From Podospora anserina (lineage: Eukaryota), in contig CM030335.1 of NCBI GenBank assembly GCA_017654855.1, positions 1,922,001-1,986,000 on the forward strand: a stretch of DNA of 64,000 nucleotides, written 5' to 3'. This document shows, in pieces, positions 35,561-47,995 of the stretch. The stretch's first letter is position 1. Each line of letters opens with the position of its first letter. The notes beneath the pieces are model-generated. The model searched no databases, was not told where the DNA came from, and saw only the letters and a list, made by a program, of their open reading frames with translations. A program made the position numbers and the translations under genes.

Positions 35561-38500
35561 AACGTAGGCGGTGATGGTACTCTTCAGGGGCAACGCAAGA
35601 AGGGCTGTCTAATAACAGCAGTGCTCTTCAGCGGCCGGGAAACCGTAGCTCACGGAGCCAAGACGACTAACATCGTCTCTTGTCGACAGGGGAATCTAGA
35701 ACCCAATTGCGAGAGGCAGTCAGTAGCAATGTTTTCGTGAGGATACTGCGAGGTAGCAGGGTACAGAGACAACTCTGATGTTGTTGAAGAGAAGAACGAG
35801 ACAGAAGGAGAGGGGGACACCAAGACATTGATAACAGGGACAAGGTCACAGAAATGTGTAAGCCAGGGCTCCTGCGTAACACACGCATCCCTCCGAAGTG
35901 TGTCCAGCGGGAAGTCGCGTGTAGACGATGCGCACTGGTGCATGTAGAGACATGTAAGACAAGTTACAAGGCTGCTTCCCCACTAGTGATTTGACAATAT
36001 GCAGAGTCTCTCTCGTATCACTGAGATAGGGAAGTGATGCCTCACATTTGGATGATATCTCGACAAGGCTTGGATATCCCTTGGTGTTTCCGTCGGCCGA
36101 AGAGAAAAGAGGCGCATATATGTAACAGGGCAAACGTGGTGTTTGCCAGGAAATCTGGGGAGGGTATAGAGCAACAAAACATCACAACTCGAGGGCCGGA
36201 CCTGCATGCCAATCAGTTTGTGCCGCGCTAACGTATGTAGAGCAGCAAGAAGACCGGATGGTCCAGACCTTTTGCCTCAAGTTCTGAGGTGGCCTCCGGG
36301 TTGACGTAACCCGGCCGTGATCATGGATGTCTTTGTCGGTGCAGCTGACCGAGGCCTGCTGCGGGGAACCTCGAGTTCTTGGAGCAAACAACTTTGCGGT
36401 GACAATTGGCGTCTATGGCGAAAACGCAGTCATCCGCTTGAGGCTGTGATGTTGTGCGAGACTCGCTCTGGGAGGTCCACGTTGGATCATGAAATTGTTT
36501 GAAAGAAGCTAAGCTCGATTGAAGATGCAGAATGCAGCCAACCTGCCTCGAGCCTTCCTCTTGGCTCACCGCTGCCTACAATCTATGATGCATTGACCAA
36601 CCAAGATGGAAAGGAGCGAAATAAGGAGCCATCAGCTCTACCTATTCTCCACCAAGAACGTCGACAAGATATGAATCACAAGAAAGAAGGTCATATGATG
36701 ACTTATCTCAGCAAGCCTTCCCGCTTCCTTCCCTCCCTCCCGTCCCGTCTCACTTTTTCATCCCGTCTCACTTCATCCCAGCCCAGCGCCTCGGGTACCT
36801 TTGCCAGTTTCGCAGATTCATCAAAATTCCTCGCCTCCCGCTTCCCGTTTCCATGGGACCAGACCCTCGGTTTACGTAAGAAGGACCCTGGGAGTGTGGT
36901 CAAGAGCAGGTACTCGAACAAAGAAACTCCTACAAATTCGAGACCACGGCTGCGCTCACCATGGTTTCGGTGGTCTGACTTCCCACTTTCACTCCCTTTC
37001 ATCAGACCTCTGGATTCGATTCTCTCACATACTCAGATGCTCACGTAGACAACACGCTGCATCAGGCCACAAAACCTCAAGATCAGTCATGTGAACCGTA
37101 AGCCCATCTCCTCGGTGTCACCAGAGCTGACCATTTTCAGGCGGAAACGACTAAAGTCGCCTCTCGCCTCCACAACTTGCGTGTTGCCGTCAGCCTCCTG
37201 CTTCAGGGTCATGTGTCAACTGTCAAACACTTTGTGACTTGGCTCAAGCCTCAGCTATCTGCCACCAAAGCAGACACGACTACAGTGGCGCTGAAACTGA
37301 AGGGACAAGAGGGAGGGAAGCTGCTGTCTTGGACCCTGTCACACCTCAACAATTCGCCCAACTTGCCCATCTCCTCCAAAACAGCATTCTGCTTTCGGGG
37401 AGACGGAGGCAACATGTGGGGTTTAGCCAAATACCGTTTTCCCTCCCCTCTAGTCACACTGACTGACCAGCAAATAAAGTAGTCTCTGTGACTCGTTCCA
37501 CTGACTTGCCGATAGACCCGACTTCATCCCGTTGCCTGTCCATGGTACTGGGCGCAAGGGAAGGTCAGGTTGTGTATAACGGAGGATATTGACCTGCTAC
37601 CACTGCCTGTCGCACAACAGCGCACTGATGCTGCAGGTAGCCTCAACGTCTTCAGCTCCGCGTGAACTGACATGCCAAAACACAGTAGTTCGCGTGTCTA
37701 TCCGTCGCCTCTTCATGTCTGTCGCCGCCTTTAAGCAGTCAACCGTGACTAGGGTGTGCTTGGACTATCTGAGGACCCTCTAACAATCAGGGTCATCATG
37801 GACAAACCATTGCTCTTCATGCCACATGCCTCGTATAGACCCTCGAATGTCTTGGACTGTGCATACAAGACCCTTGAAACTCACGCCAGATCCCATATGC
37901 CTCATTTCAAAATAGAAACAGTCTCAACGCCGAGAATACATACTGTCAAATGCCAGGGAAACAAGGTCGCTCCCGTCCCGCGGTCAACACGGAAGGCTAC
38001 ACCATGCTCATGTCAACGGCCGCAGGCTCCAGGAGCGGAGGTGTTGTACGTAGAAACCGTTGTGGCACCGGGAATTAAGCATAAACCACCTGATCTATGT
38101 TCACTTGCATTCTAGGTTCTGATATTCCTAGCTACGTAGAACATTCAGCAGCAATCCCCGTCGATAAATTTCCTGAGTTGTCGTCGAATGCGCCTGAGAA
38201 TCTGTAGAAACAACTCAATTCAGCAGAGTTTCATGTGGAAGTATTATCTGAGCATCACAGTACCTAAATAATAGCTCTCTTCCAAACCTGAGTAGATAAC
38301 TTTTGTAAACGGAAGGCAATGCCCAGCAAACAGACTTCCTCTTTTCTCTAGTGACCCCAATCCCAGATCAGCTTCCGCCACACAGTACAATACTCAGTAA
38401 GCTCCCTTTGTTTTGTCCCGAACCCCCTTATTACCCCGCATATCATCTTCTGTGTAGAAAGATTCGGAGATCTGTCTCTCAGCCATGCTGAACACCAGAT

Positions 38501-39316
38501 TTGAAGATCACAAGAAGAACTCCACCAACCCACACTCCCTCTAATGAACACCTGGATGACAGGCCTCCTAACGCTCCCCACCCTCGAGCAAATACCATGG
38601 GATCAGAAGTCTCATCTCAATCTAGCGAATTCGGCGTGAAAACAGAGCCTTATCTAGCATTTATGATTTATCAACATGCCCACCTCTTCGCTTTCACACC
38701 TACGAGCGCGACCAGCCAGGTGTCGGAAGACCATCAGCAAGGGGAATGAAAGGGCAATACACACCTACTAGCTTTTACAGAGACATAATAGTTCAATATC
38801 GTGGCAATTATGGTCGTTAATGATGGTAGTGATGGGGAAAAGGCGTTGGAGAATGTCATGTCAGATTCAGGGGCCATATATAGCATATAGCCCTAACCCC
38901 ACTGGGGGGGAGGGGGGGGAGCTGCACCGCGATCCGGAGGGGGGATGCACCCCTATCAACTCTCTTTTTTAAATGTCCTTTTGCCTTTCCATATCCGCCG
39001 GTACCAACAACGTGGCACAGCATATCGGCTCAGACAACAAGGAACCAGAGACATCCACAAGATACGCTGACCGGACAAACATCCCCTAAACAACTATGAA
39101 ACGGTAAAACACCCCGACTGCCCAAAAGGTACACGTGAAGATACCCGTGATTTAAACCAGAGTTGAATTTCCTTTCCCTTTTCTATCTTCCTATTTTGCA
39201 CAAATATGATACAACTATGGACTCCTATCTCCTGTCTGTCATCATGTAGTTAGGGGGTATCTCGTGTCATATATAGTCTTACATCTTTATACACGACTTT
39301 TTTTCCAAAATCCTTT

Positions 39317-40874
39317 TTATGCCTTGGTGGCAGCATTCTTTGCGACCTCCTGCATCTTCTGGCTCAACGCCTGTGTCTTCAAGGGCTGAGCACCCTGCTT
39401 CAATTGCCTCTGAACCAGCGCCACAGTATTCTTGGGGATTCTGAGCCGTTGACCCAAAACGAGGGCGCCCGAAAGGAGTGCAAGAGCACCCGCCTGGTGG
39501 GTGGCTGCCAAATGGATAGGCACAATGTAGATAAGCGTGGTAATCCCGAGAGCGACCTGGAGAGAAACCAAGTGAACGAGTCCCAAAACACCCTTTCGGA
39601 CGTTGGGAGGCATGGCGGCCTGGACACGGCCGGTGCGGGAGTAGGCGAACAGGGCGAGAACAGCAGTAAAAGTGGTCATGGCGAGAATGCGGTGGTCGAG
39701 CTGAACAAATGAAGGGTTCTCGAGCATGTTGCGCCACCAGATATCGGAGCCGTCTTCCTTGCGGGAGTAGAACTTGTCGAGAAGTTCGGCCTTGGGCGGC
39801 ATGTAGCCCGTGCCCATCTTGGGAAACTCGTTGTAGATAAGACCGGCATCGAGGCCAGCGACAAGAGCGCCCGAGAGGACCGTGGTAAAGATAAGAGCAG
39901 TGAGGCCGAGAACCGAGCGCCTGAGGATGTTGAGGGCCGGGTTCTTCAGAGCGGAGAAGTGCCCGGTATAATACGCGGGGTTGCCGAGAGCACGGTGGGT
40001 GCGGAAGACGCTGAGACCGGCGAGAAGCATCCAGGAGTAGCAGGCAAAGGCGGCGGCAAGGTGAGTGGCGAGGCGGTACTGGCTGACACGGGGGTGCGAG
40101 CCGGGAGCAAAGAGATCATCCTTCAAGCCAGACTTGACCATCCACCAACCAATAAAGCCTTGAAATCCGATAAGAGCAGAAATTCCGACCAGGTTGGCAG
40201 CCATCCGTGGGGTGACTTTGCGGCGAGCGATGAAGTAGATAGTCGGGATCACGAAGGAGAGGCCGATGAAGCGGCCCCAGAGGCGATGTGTCCATTCCAT
40301 AAAGTAGATCTTCTTGAACTCGTCGAGGTCCATGTGGGGGTTGATGAGCTTGTATTCCGGGGAGGCGCGATACTTTTCGAATTCAGAGTCCCAGTCCTCG
40401 GCGGACATGGGCGGCAGTGAGCCCGTGACGGGTCTCCATTCTGTGATACTCAGACTACAGCGGAACTATATGTCAGCCTGGTGTCTCCGGGGACAGCCAA
40501 GTACGCAGCCAGACGACATACCCGGACTCGGTCAACCGTGTAAGTCCACCAAAGACGACAATACCAAAGACACTAGCGGCGCTACCAAGAAGCCAGTACC
40601 CAACGGATTTGGCATTGGTTTCGGGGAATGAGGATTTCTTTTCAGAGGTTTTGTTCGAAGTCTTTTCGTTTTGGATATTCTTGCTGAGGGAGGCTATGGG
40701 GGACTTGGTCTTGGTGGCATAGCTACGGATCGCCGGAGCTCTGGCCGCCACGAGCTTGAGAATGTGGGATGGCGGGGCAGGTGATGCCTGTTGACATAGA
40801 CATTGACCGCAAGCGAATGAAGATTTGGATAGCTGGGTAGCTGCTCTACGCAGCCCGAGCTGAAAGAGGGACAT
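39317..40874 (-). CDS. COX15: Heme A synthase / cytochrome c oxidase assembly protein
   Basis: Exons 40874-40522 and 40454-39317 (496 aa). Mitochondrial-presequence-like N-terminus, GGLTRLTESGLSITEW, EWTHRLWGR, GWWMVKSGL, VSQYRLATHL, AGLDAGLIYNEFP, VQLDHR and ATHQAGA. Confidence 0.96.
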
Positions 40875-41304
40875 GGCTATGCCTTTGCGCCGGCAATGGC
40901 GGAGCTGATCTGGAGCTGTTCTTTGCTTTGCTGAAGCTCACCTGAGAAACGTTGGAATCACGATTCTCTCCACTGGCTTGATAATCAGCCCACCGTTGAA
41001 AAGCACTGGCCAGATGAAGGCCTGTGCTTTGTCCACCACAGCTCCACAGCTTGGCCATCAGGGGTGGACCTTCCCTGAGAAACATCAAGGGAAAGAGCGG
41101 ATGAACCTCAGTTGAGCTGAGCACACACCGAAATATCTGATCAATTCATTTCAATTTTGAATTTTGAAACATCAAACTCTCTCGCTACATCTTGAGAGAC
41201 TGAGAGACTGAAGCACGCATCTATATATCGTATATTATACACCCGCCCTGAACGCCAGCCTAAATGCAATCCCATCGTGTGTATCCTACAATCACCTACG
41301 AGCC

Positions 41305-42938
41305 TCATTGAGTGGCGGTCGTCTCGCTTGACGAGTCTCCGGAAGCGGCCATCTTCGGTTTCCTGAACAGGATGATATCTTTCAGGCTTCGCCTGACGTT
41401 GCTCTTGGGCGCAAACAAGGGCTTGTGCTCCTCGTTGACGTCGTGGTGGTGGTCATAGTCCACGTGCACAAACGCCCTCTCAACATCAGCCAGACCCTCG
41501 AGCTTACGCTGCAGGTCCTGGCCCACGTCGTGCGTCACCTTTAGCGGCAGCCCCTCGTCCATGACAATGTCCATCTCGACAAAGTACTTGTGCCCGGCAT
41601 GGTACGCTCGGCATGTGTCGACTTTGAGGATCCTGTCGTCGTGTGTCACGCCCATGTAGATGAGCTTGGAGATGAACTCCTTGGGCGCCGACTTGCCCAC
41701 CAGCAGCCAGATGTGCTCAAAGGCGTTGGACACCCACGAAAACAGGATGATCAACGCAACGAGGATGGCGCCGATGGGGTCCAGGTACCACGCAATCTTT
41801 TCGCCAACGACCGCCATTATCAAACCGAAGCTGTTGATGGCAATGTCGTTGCGGTGGTCGATGTAGAAGATGAACACGGTTGGGAACCTGCGATACATCA
41901 AGCAGTACACCATCATGCTACCCTTGGCAAAGACTATGAGCTGTCAGTACCACTCATGACCTGACCGAATGCGATGTACATACTGGCAACACCGATGAAG
42001 ACTAGTGGGACGATATGAAGCTCCTCGGATTCTGTTGGCGCTCCGGCCCCTAGTGTTCGGCCAGACTCAATCTACGACATTGTAAGCATATTGTGGCCTG
42101 ACACTTTGTTTCAAGATGCTAACTCACCAACAGCTGGATAGCAACAGTAGTCATCAATGCACAAAACAGAATGATGGCCATGGCTTCTATTCTTGTACGG
42201 CCCTGCCTATTGTCAGCTACAATTCTCTGCATCAGGGACCACCACGTCAACTTACCACAGGATACTTGTACACGCTGGGCCTCGCAGCAAGCCACGAGGC
42301 TATCAACATCACGAACGACGAAACAAGATCCATGAAAGCATCGGCCGTGGTGGCGAAGAGAGCCAAAGATCCGGTTGAGATGGCGGCATACAGCTGAATG
42401 ACGAACAGGCAAAAGTTGATGATGAAGGAGCCCCTGATGGCAAACTTGATCTTGGGGGCATATTTCGCATCTTTCTCAATGGCAACCTGCTCTTCATCAT
42501 CGGCACCCAGGAAGTCGTCAATAAGAGCATTCTGCTGGGCATAGTACTTCTTGAGTCTCCGCTTGTTGCCTTTAGGATGCTCAATCTTCATCTGCTTCTG
42601 ACTGATGTTCTCACGACGGTGCCTAGCAATATCGAGAGGATCCGCGAGCGAGGTTGTCGTGGCTTGTCTGGTTGGACCGGCTGGAATGGCGACTTCTTTC
42701 TCAGCTGCTGTACTGGCTGGCTCTGCACCGGGCTGGGCATCCGACTGGATCTCGGGGGAGGTGGAAGCTGGTGCATTTTCAGGGGGGCTGGCTCCTGTTA
42801 CCATGTGTTAGACTGCCAAGCTTCATGATGTTCAAGCCTACGACTTGACAAGACAAGCCTGTCTGCAGCATGATTTCGAGGTTCAGATGGGTACGTACCT
42901 GCCGGCCGGCCATCGTCTGAAGTGCCCTGGGCTGCCAT
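41305..42938 (-). CDS. Cation diffusion facilitator (CDF) transporter, Mn-CDF/MTP-like
   Basis: Exons 42938-42899, 42794-42256, 42202-42128, 42071-41984, 41933-41305 (456 aa), all introns canonical. TM2 DAFMD and TM5 DHRND motifs, YPVGRTRIE, WYLDPIGA, and a C-terminal ERAFVHVD dimerisation domain. Confidence 0.93.
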
Positions 42939-44317
42939 TGGACTGTCGATCTTGGGTCTGAAGTGGGACGGTTGGGTTCGACAAGCTTGAATTACAATCG
43001 AAATCCTATGGCAGGAACTATCAAGAGATGCGCCAGAGACGGCGACAGTATTATAGGACTGAGCAACCAGCCATTTCACAACTCAGGAGAGCGGCCTCAA
43101 TCCACCAAGCGGGATTTCCCCATGTCACATTTACAACCTACATCCAACCCATTCCTGATTTGGGCAAGAAAGGGTCAAGTTTACAATTCCATTCACATCA
43201 CCATCACATCACCACCGACACTACTGTATCGAAAACGGCACAGCCACCCGAGATTATGTACCCCTTATGAGTTCTGGAGCGGCTGGTGCTCAAGCTTGTA
43301 CTGTTTACAGCATGTGTAGCCGAGAAAGCGACTTGTTGGTCTAGTGGGGGAAAGATCAAGCGGGAGCTCGTCTCTTGAGACCACCACCTCCTCCAAGACC
43401 AAGCTCTGTGCCGAGCATCCAGTTTTTGGGTTCCACGGTACAAGCTCCGAGCTCTAGCCTAGGCCCTCAGAATATTCCATGGACGGGCCACGAAGTCACT
43501 TGACAAGGTGACATCGGGACCAAAAGCGCCACTACACCAGAGTCCCCCGTCGCCGTTGGCTGGTGGAATGTTTCAACCGGGCGGAAGCCGGAAACCCCTA
43601 ACGGTTAATGCACCACCATCTAGCAAGATCTCCGCTTCACCAGTTACAGTTGCCACCTTCTCCAGCTGTTGCCTGGACGTATACTACAGAGAGCAATTGG
43701 ACAACAGCTAAATACTCGAGCTTCCCGGCCAAAACTTCAACCTGGACTGAACACGAACAACTGTATTTTTATATAGCAATCCTTCATGATCTCTCGCGCA
43801 GGGCCAGTGTTAGACTTGGGCCAAGGAGCAAACCCCACGATTGCACGGATCTCCCCGTCTTGTCACAGCACCCTGCAGAGAACCCCTGTCTCCAGGGGTT
43901 CCTTGCCAAGCGGTCAGTGCTGAACCCCTCTCTTTCGGCTCCTGTTGCCCCAACTCTGGGGTGAGAGGGCAGGTTTTGGCGACTTGTCTAAAGCAGCTCA
44001 ACGATGGTTCCAGTGAACGACCAAATCAGCGTCCATTGGACGTTTTGAGAAAGATGATGACCGGCACAGAGTTGCCAGAGTTGCACCCAAGAGTTGCACC
44101 GTCTCCTTGGAGATCTGCGGCTCTCGAGTGTTTGCGATTGCACTGCCACGCCACAGATTCGGCAGCATACCGAGACATCATGGACTCTTGATATCTTGAA
44201 AAAAATGCCCGAGTGTCACTCTTAATCTTGAACGCTTCAACAGTCGCCAGGAGAAGGTGGAACCTGTTTCACACCGTCTTCTGTTCCCTTCTTCGAACAA
44301 AACAATGCTCCCTTCCT

Positions 44318-44357
44318 CTGGCTATCACTGGCTATCACTGGCTATCACTGGCTACCA
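44318..44357. repeat. Decamer tandem repeat (CTGGCTATCA) x3 plus one variant
   Basis: Visible in the CDF/ZIP divergent intergenic region. Each perfect unit contains TGATAG on the minus strand. Confidence 0.9.
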
Positions 44358-45201
44358 GTAATCAGATCTAGGCTCTTCGACGACTCGTCTCTGCGAATCC
44401 GTTTTAGGTTTTTGCCAAGCTCAAACCGAGGCTCCAGTTTGAGCTTGACCATTGCTACACAGACATGGCCTCCCTGTCTCCCTTGTTTGGCTCCAGATGC
44501 TCGTCGAGAGGACTACGACTTGGTTTCCAGCTGAAGTCTAGGCTGGATTGCTTGGTGCAACGATCAGCTTGAGCCAGAGTCTCACGGTCGTCAGAAACCT
44601 GGGAGCGACAGTTGCATGGACTCGTTCATCCCAGCTATCTTTGATCACAGAGCCAGTCCATTGGTTCGTGTCTTGGCCTTCTTGTCTGTGACAGACTTGG
44701 GCGTGGATGCCCATGTCGCCTTTCGGTTCTTCGGCTGCTGCTCTCTCGGGGCATGAGTCGCGGCAGATCTTGCCGTGGTGTTACCCCATTGATCCACGGT
44801 GCGGTCTTGGAAATCGTACTTACTAAAGAGCAACGGCAGTATCTCGAACTCGGATTCTGGACTCTTGGCTCTTTTCCCACCCTTGTCATGTCTTTTGGTC
44901 CTCAGGAGGACATAAGCTTTTCTTTCTATCGCTACCACTTTTTGTTTACTTTTTCTCTCTTCTCCTTCTTTCTCTTCTTTTTGCATCGTCGTCGCCTCAA
45001 CCCGGTGATGGTGCATTTCGCGCCCAACCCGCCCCTTTTCCTTTCCTAGTCTCCTTTCTCTTCTTCTCAACTGCCGGGCGGTTTCTTCTACGTACACTCT
45101 TGATTTCATCTTCTCTTTGGGATAGACCTGGAGTCGTTCTGTCTTTAACACACGAGGTACTGGTATACCGAAACCGCTTGACGCGGAAAAAAATAAGAAA
45201 A

Positions 45202-46757
45202 ATGGATGAAAAGCCGCAGTGTGGGAGCGGCGAGGAGGTCGGAGAGTATGACCTCCCGCTTCACGTCGCGGGTCTTTGTAAGTTCTGTGTCCAAGTGAGA
45301 TTTAACGGATGCATAGGCTGACTTGTCTTCCAGTCATGGTGCTGGCTGCCTCGATCTTTGGTGCCGGTTTCCCAGTGGTGGCCAAGAAGGTAAAGTGGGT
45401 GAAGGTGCCTACCTCGGTGTTCTTCGCTTGCAAGCATTTTGGTACTGGTGTTCTGATCGCCACAGCGTTCGTTCATGTAAGTGGGTCTGTGGCCTCATGA
45501 AAATAGCGTTTTCTGACAGACCACAGCTTCTCCCTGTTGCGTTCGGTAACCTGACAGACCCATGTCTTCCGGATTTGTTCACCACTCAGTATCCCGCCAT
45601 GCCTGGTGTCATCATGATGGGCTCGATGTTCTGTCTTTTTGTTCTGGAGATGTATCTCAATGCCAAGATGGGTGGCCATTCCCACGGAGGTGCGATGGGA
45701 TTCGAGGCTTCTGGGCCGGCCCTTCCACAGCCAGAGCCCAAGCCGGCCTACCAACACACACACGCTCCCGACCACAAGAGAGCTCCGTCTCGCCCGCCGA
45801 GATACACCGCTTACAGCGAGTTCGAGATTGAGGATATGGACTACGAGAAGAGAATGGCGCAGAAGCTGTACGGCGAGAAGATGAACACCTACCCGCGCAG
45901 CGACAACCCCTTTGACGACATCAACGAATTGGAGGTTCGCTCCGAGATGCCGCCTTGGTTTGTGGTCTTTTACGAGCAGTATGTCCGCCAGCGGTTGGAG
46001 ATGGTCAACATGATCAAGTCGAGCCATGCGGCCCTGAGGAAGGAACAACAACATCAATACGCCGAAGCTGAGAAACGCATGAGCATGCTTGCGCCTCCCC
46101 CGTCCCTTGCCGATTCCCCGTATATCGATGTCGAGACTGGCAAGCCTGTCGATCCGGCCGTGTTCAAGAAGATGTCGATGAATATTACCTTGTTGGAGGG
46201 CGGTATCTTGTTTCATTCGGTCTTTGTCGGTATGACCATCAGCATCACCATTGACGGCTTTGTTATTCTCCTGGTCGCTATCCTGTTCCACCAGATGTTT
46301 GAGGGTCTCGGTCTTGGTTCCAGAATTGCTGCTGTCCCCTACAAGCAGGGCAGTCTTAGGCCTTGGATGCTGGTGCTTGCTTTTGGTTGCACTTGCCCAA
46401 TTGGGCAGGCTATTGGCTTGATGGTGAAGGATTCATATGATCCCAACAGTGCATTCGGGTTGATTATTGTTGGTGTTTTCAATGCCATGTGAGTGCCGTT
46501 GTTTCCAAATAGCATTTCGAACACTAACCCGCATACCGTAGCTCGTCTGGTCTTCTTTTGTACGCTTCTCTTGTCGATCTGTTGGCTGAGGATTTCTTGT
46601 CCGAGGAGGCGGACAGGACCTTGACCAAGAAGCAGAAGAGGGACGCCTTCTTGTGGGTTTTACTGGGAGGTAAGAAATCAGAGCATATTCTCATTTCTTG
46701 TTTGATGCTGACTGTCTTGTAGCTGCCGGCATGTCCGTTGTCGGTGCATTTGCCTAA
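45202..46757 (+). CDS. ZIP-family Zn/Fe permease
   Basis: Exons 45202-45277, 45334-45476, 45527-46488, 46542-46669, 46723-46757 (447 aa). Motifs KHFGTGVLIATAFVHLL, GHSHG, LEGGILFHSVFVG, FHQMFEGLGLG and ISSGLLLYASLVDLLAEDF. Confidence 0.95.
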
Positions 46758-47995
46758 ACGAACACGCAGAACCAGCGAGACAGTGTATGATAAGACCACG
46801 ACCGACCTACGATGTCACGACCACAACGAAATCAGAGTAAGGAAGAGGGGATGAAATAGAAATGGCGCCTGACACGAAAGACACTCTTTACCAATTTCCT
46901 CGAATATCAACTTTTGTGCCGGGCACACACACACACGACCAGAAAAAGACGAGGTTTCCGCCGACTTTTACCGATCGCATCATCATTCATGAGAAGGCCA
47001 GACCACACCAAATCACCTACCTACCAAACACACCCACCACCCACGCTACCCTACCACTACCAGAAAAAAAAAACAACAAGGGATGAGGATTCACAGGGCA
47101 AACGAATGATACCAAAGTGTGACTAATATTATATATACTCTCATTAATCTTTTACTACAGCAATAGTCACTTTGACGGAGGGGCGCATTATATACCATTT
47201 GTCTTGTAATCATTCCTTTTTTTCTTTTTTTTTCTTTTGGGCCGAGCCCCCTCTCTTCTTTTTTTTTAGCGCTGAAGAAGGGAAAAAGGGGAGGGGGGAA
47301 ATCAAAGTCAATTTCTTGGTTCAGTGGAAATTATTTTTAGTGTTTTGAGCCTATGACTACTATATCTTGTATCACTATTATGGTTGCCATTTTTGCTTGG
47401 GGGTGGATAGATGGATAGGGGGAGGTTCTGATCCTGTGGAAGTTGGGCGTTTATATCATCTAAGCGGACATTGGGCGTTTGAAATTTAAACGGGAAGTGA
47501 GGACTTGACTGGAGGGATGTAGTGTGTGATTAAACAATTGACTGCTTGTATACATGGACTTGGCAGACAAAGGGGGTCAAAACTGGGTGAGGTGGTTGGG
47601 AACAACCCCTGAGATGGAAAGAGGAGCTGCTTGCATCGAGGAAACAATGTGGTGAGTCTGTTTTATCCAATCCGGTCAACTGTGGGAACAACAAAGACTT
47701 GGTTGGGCGGTAGGAGCGAGAAACAAAGGGTGGGTGGTGGAGGGTCGGGCAATGTTGACATACCGGATTAGGAATCCTTACTCAAAGACAAAGAACAAAG
47801 CATTTTCTCTTCTCACCTCTCTGACTACTATCACATATTTCAGTTGTTTTCAACACAACACCACAAGCTATTTTTTCTCACCAGGGCTCCTCTTGTTGAT
47901 TTCTGCTTGAATCTTGGCTTCAGTGTTTATCCCCAGGCGGTTTACCATCAAACCACGACTTCACCAACCACCCTGCTACCCCCAAAACCCTCAAG

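Noticed and set aside
38891-38955. G-run cluster with G-quadruplex potential
   Set aside because: G and C runs are ubiquitous in this window, and nothing marks this one as functional.
42247-42804. ORF-track start of the CDF gene at 42804
   Set aside because: That ATG lies inside a canonical intron (42898-42795, GTACGT..CTAAC..CAG). An upstream 40-nt exon from ATG 42938 splices in frame.
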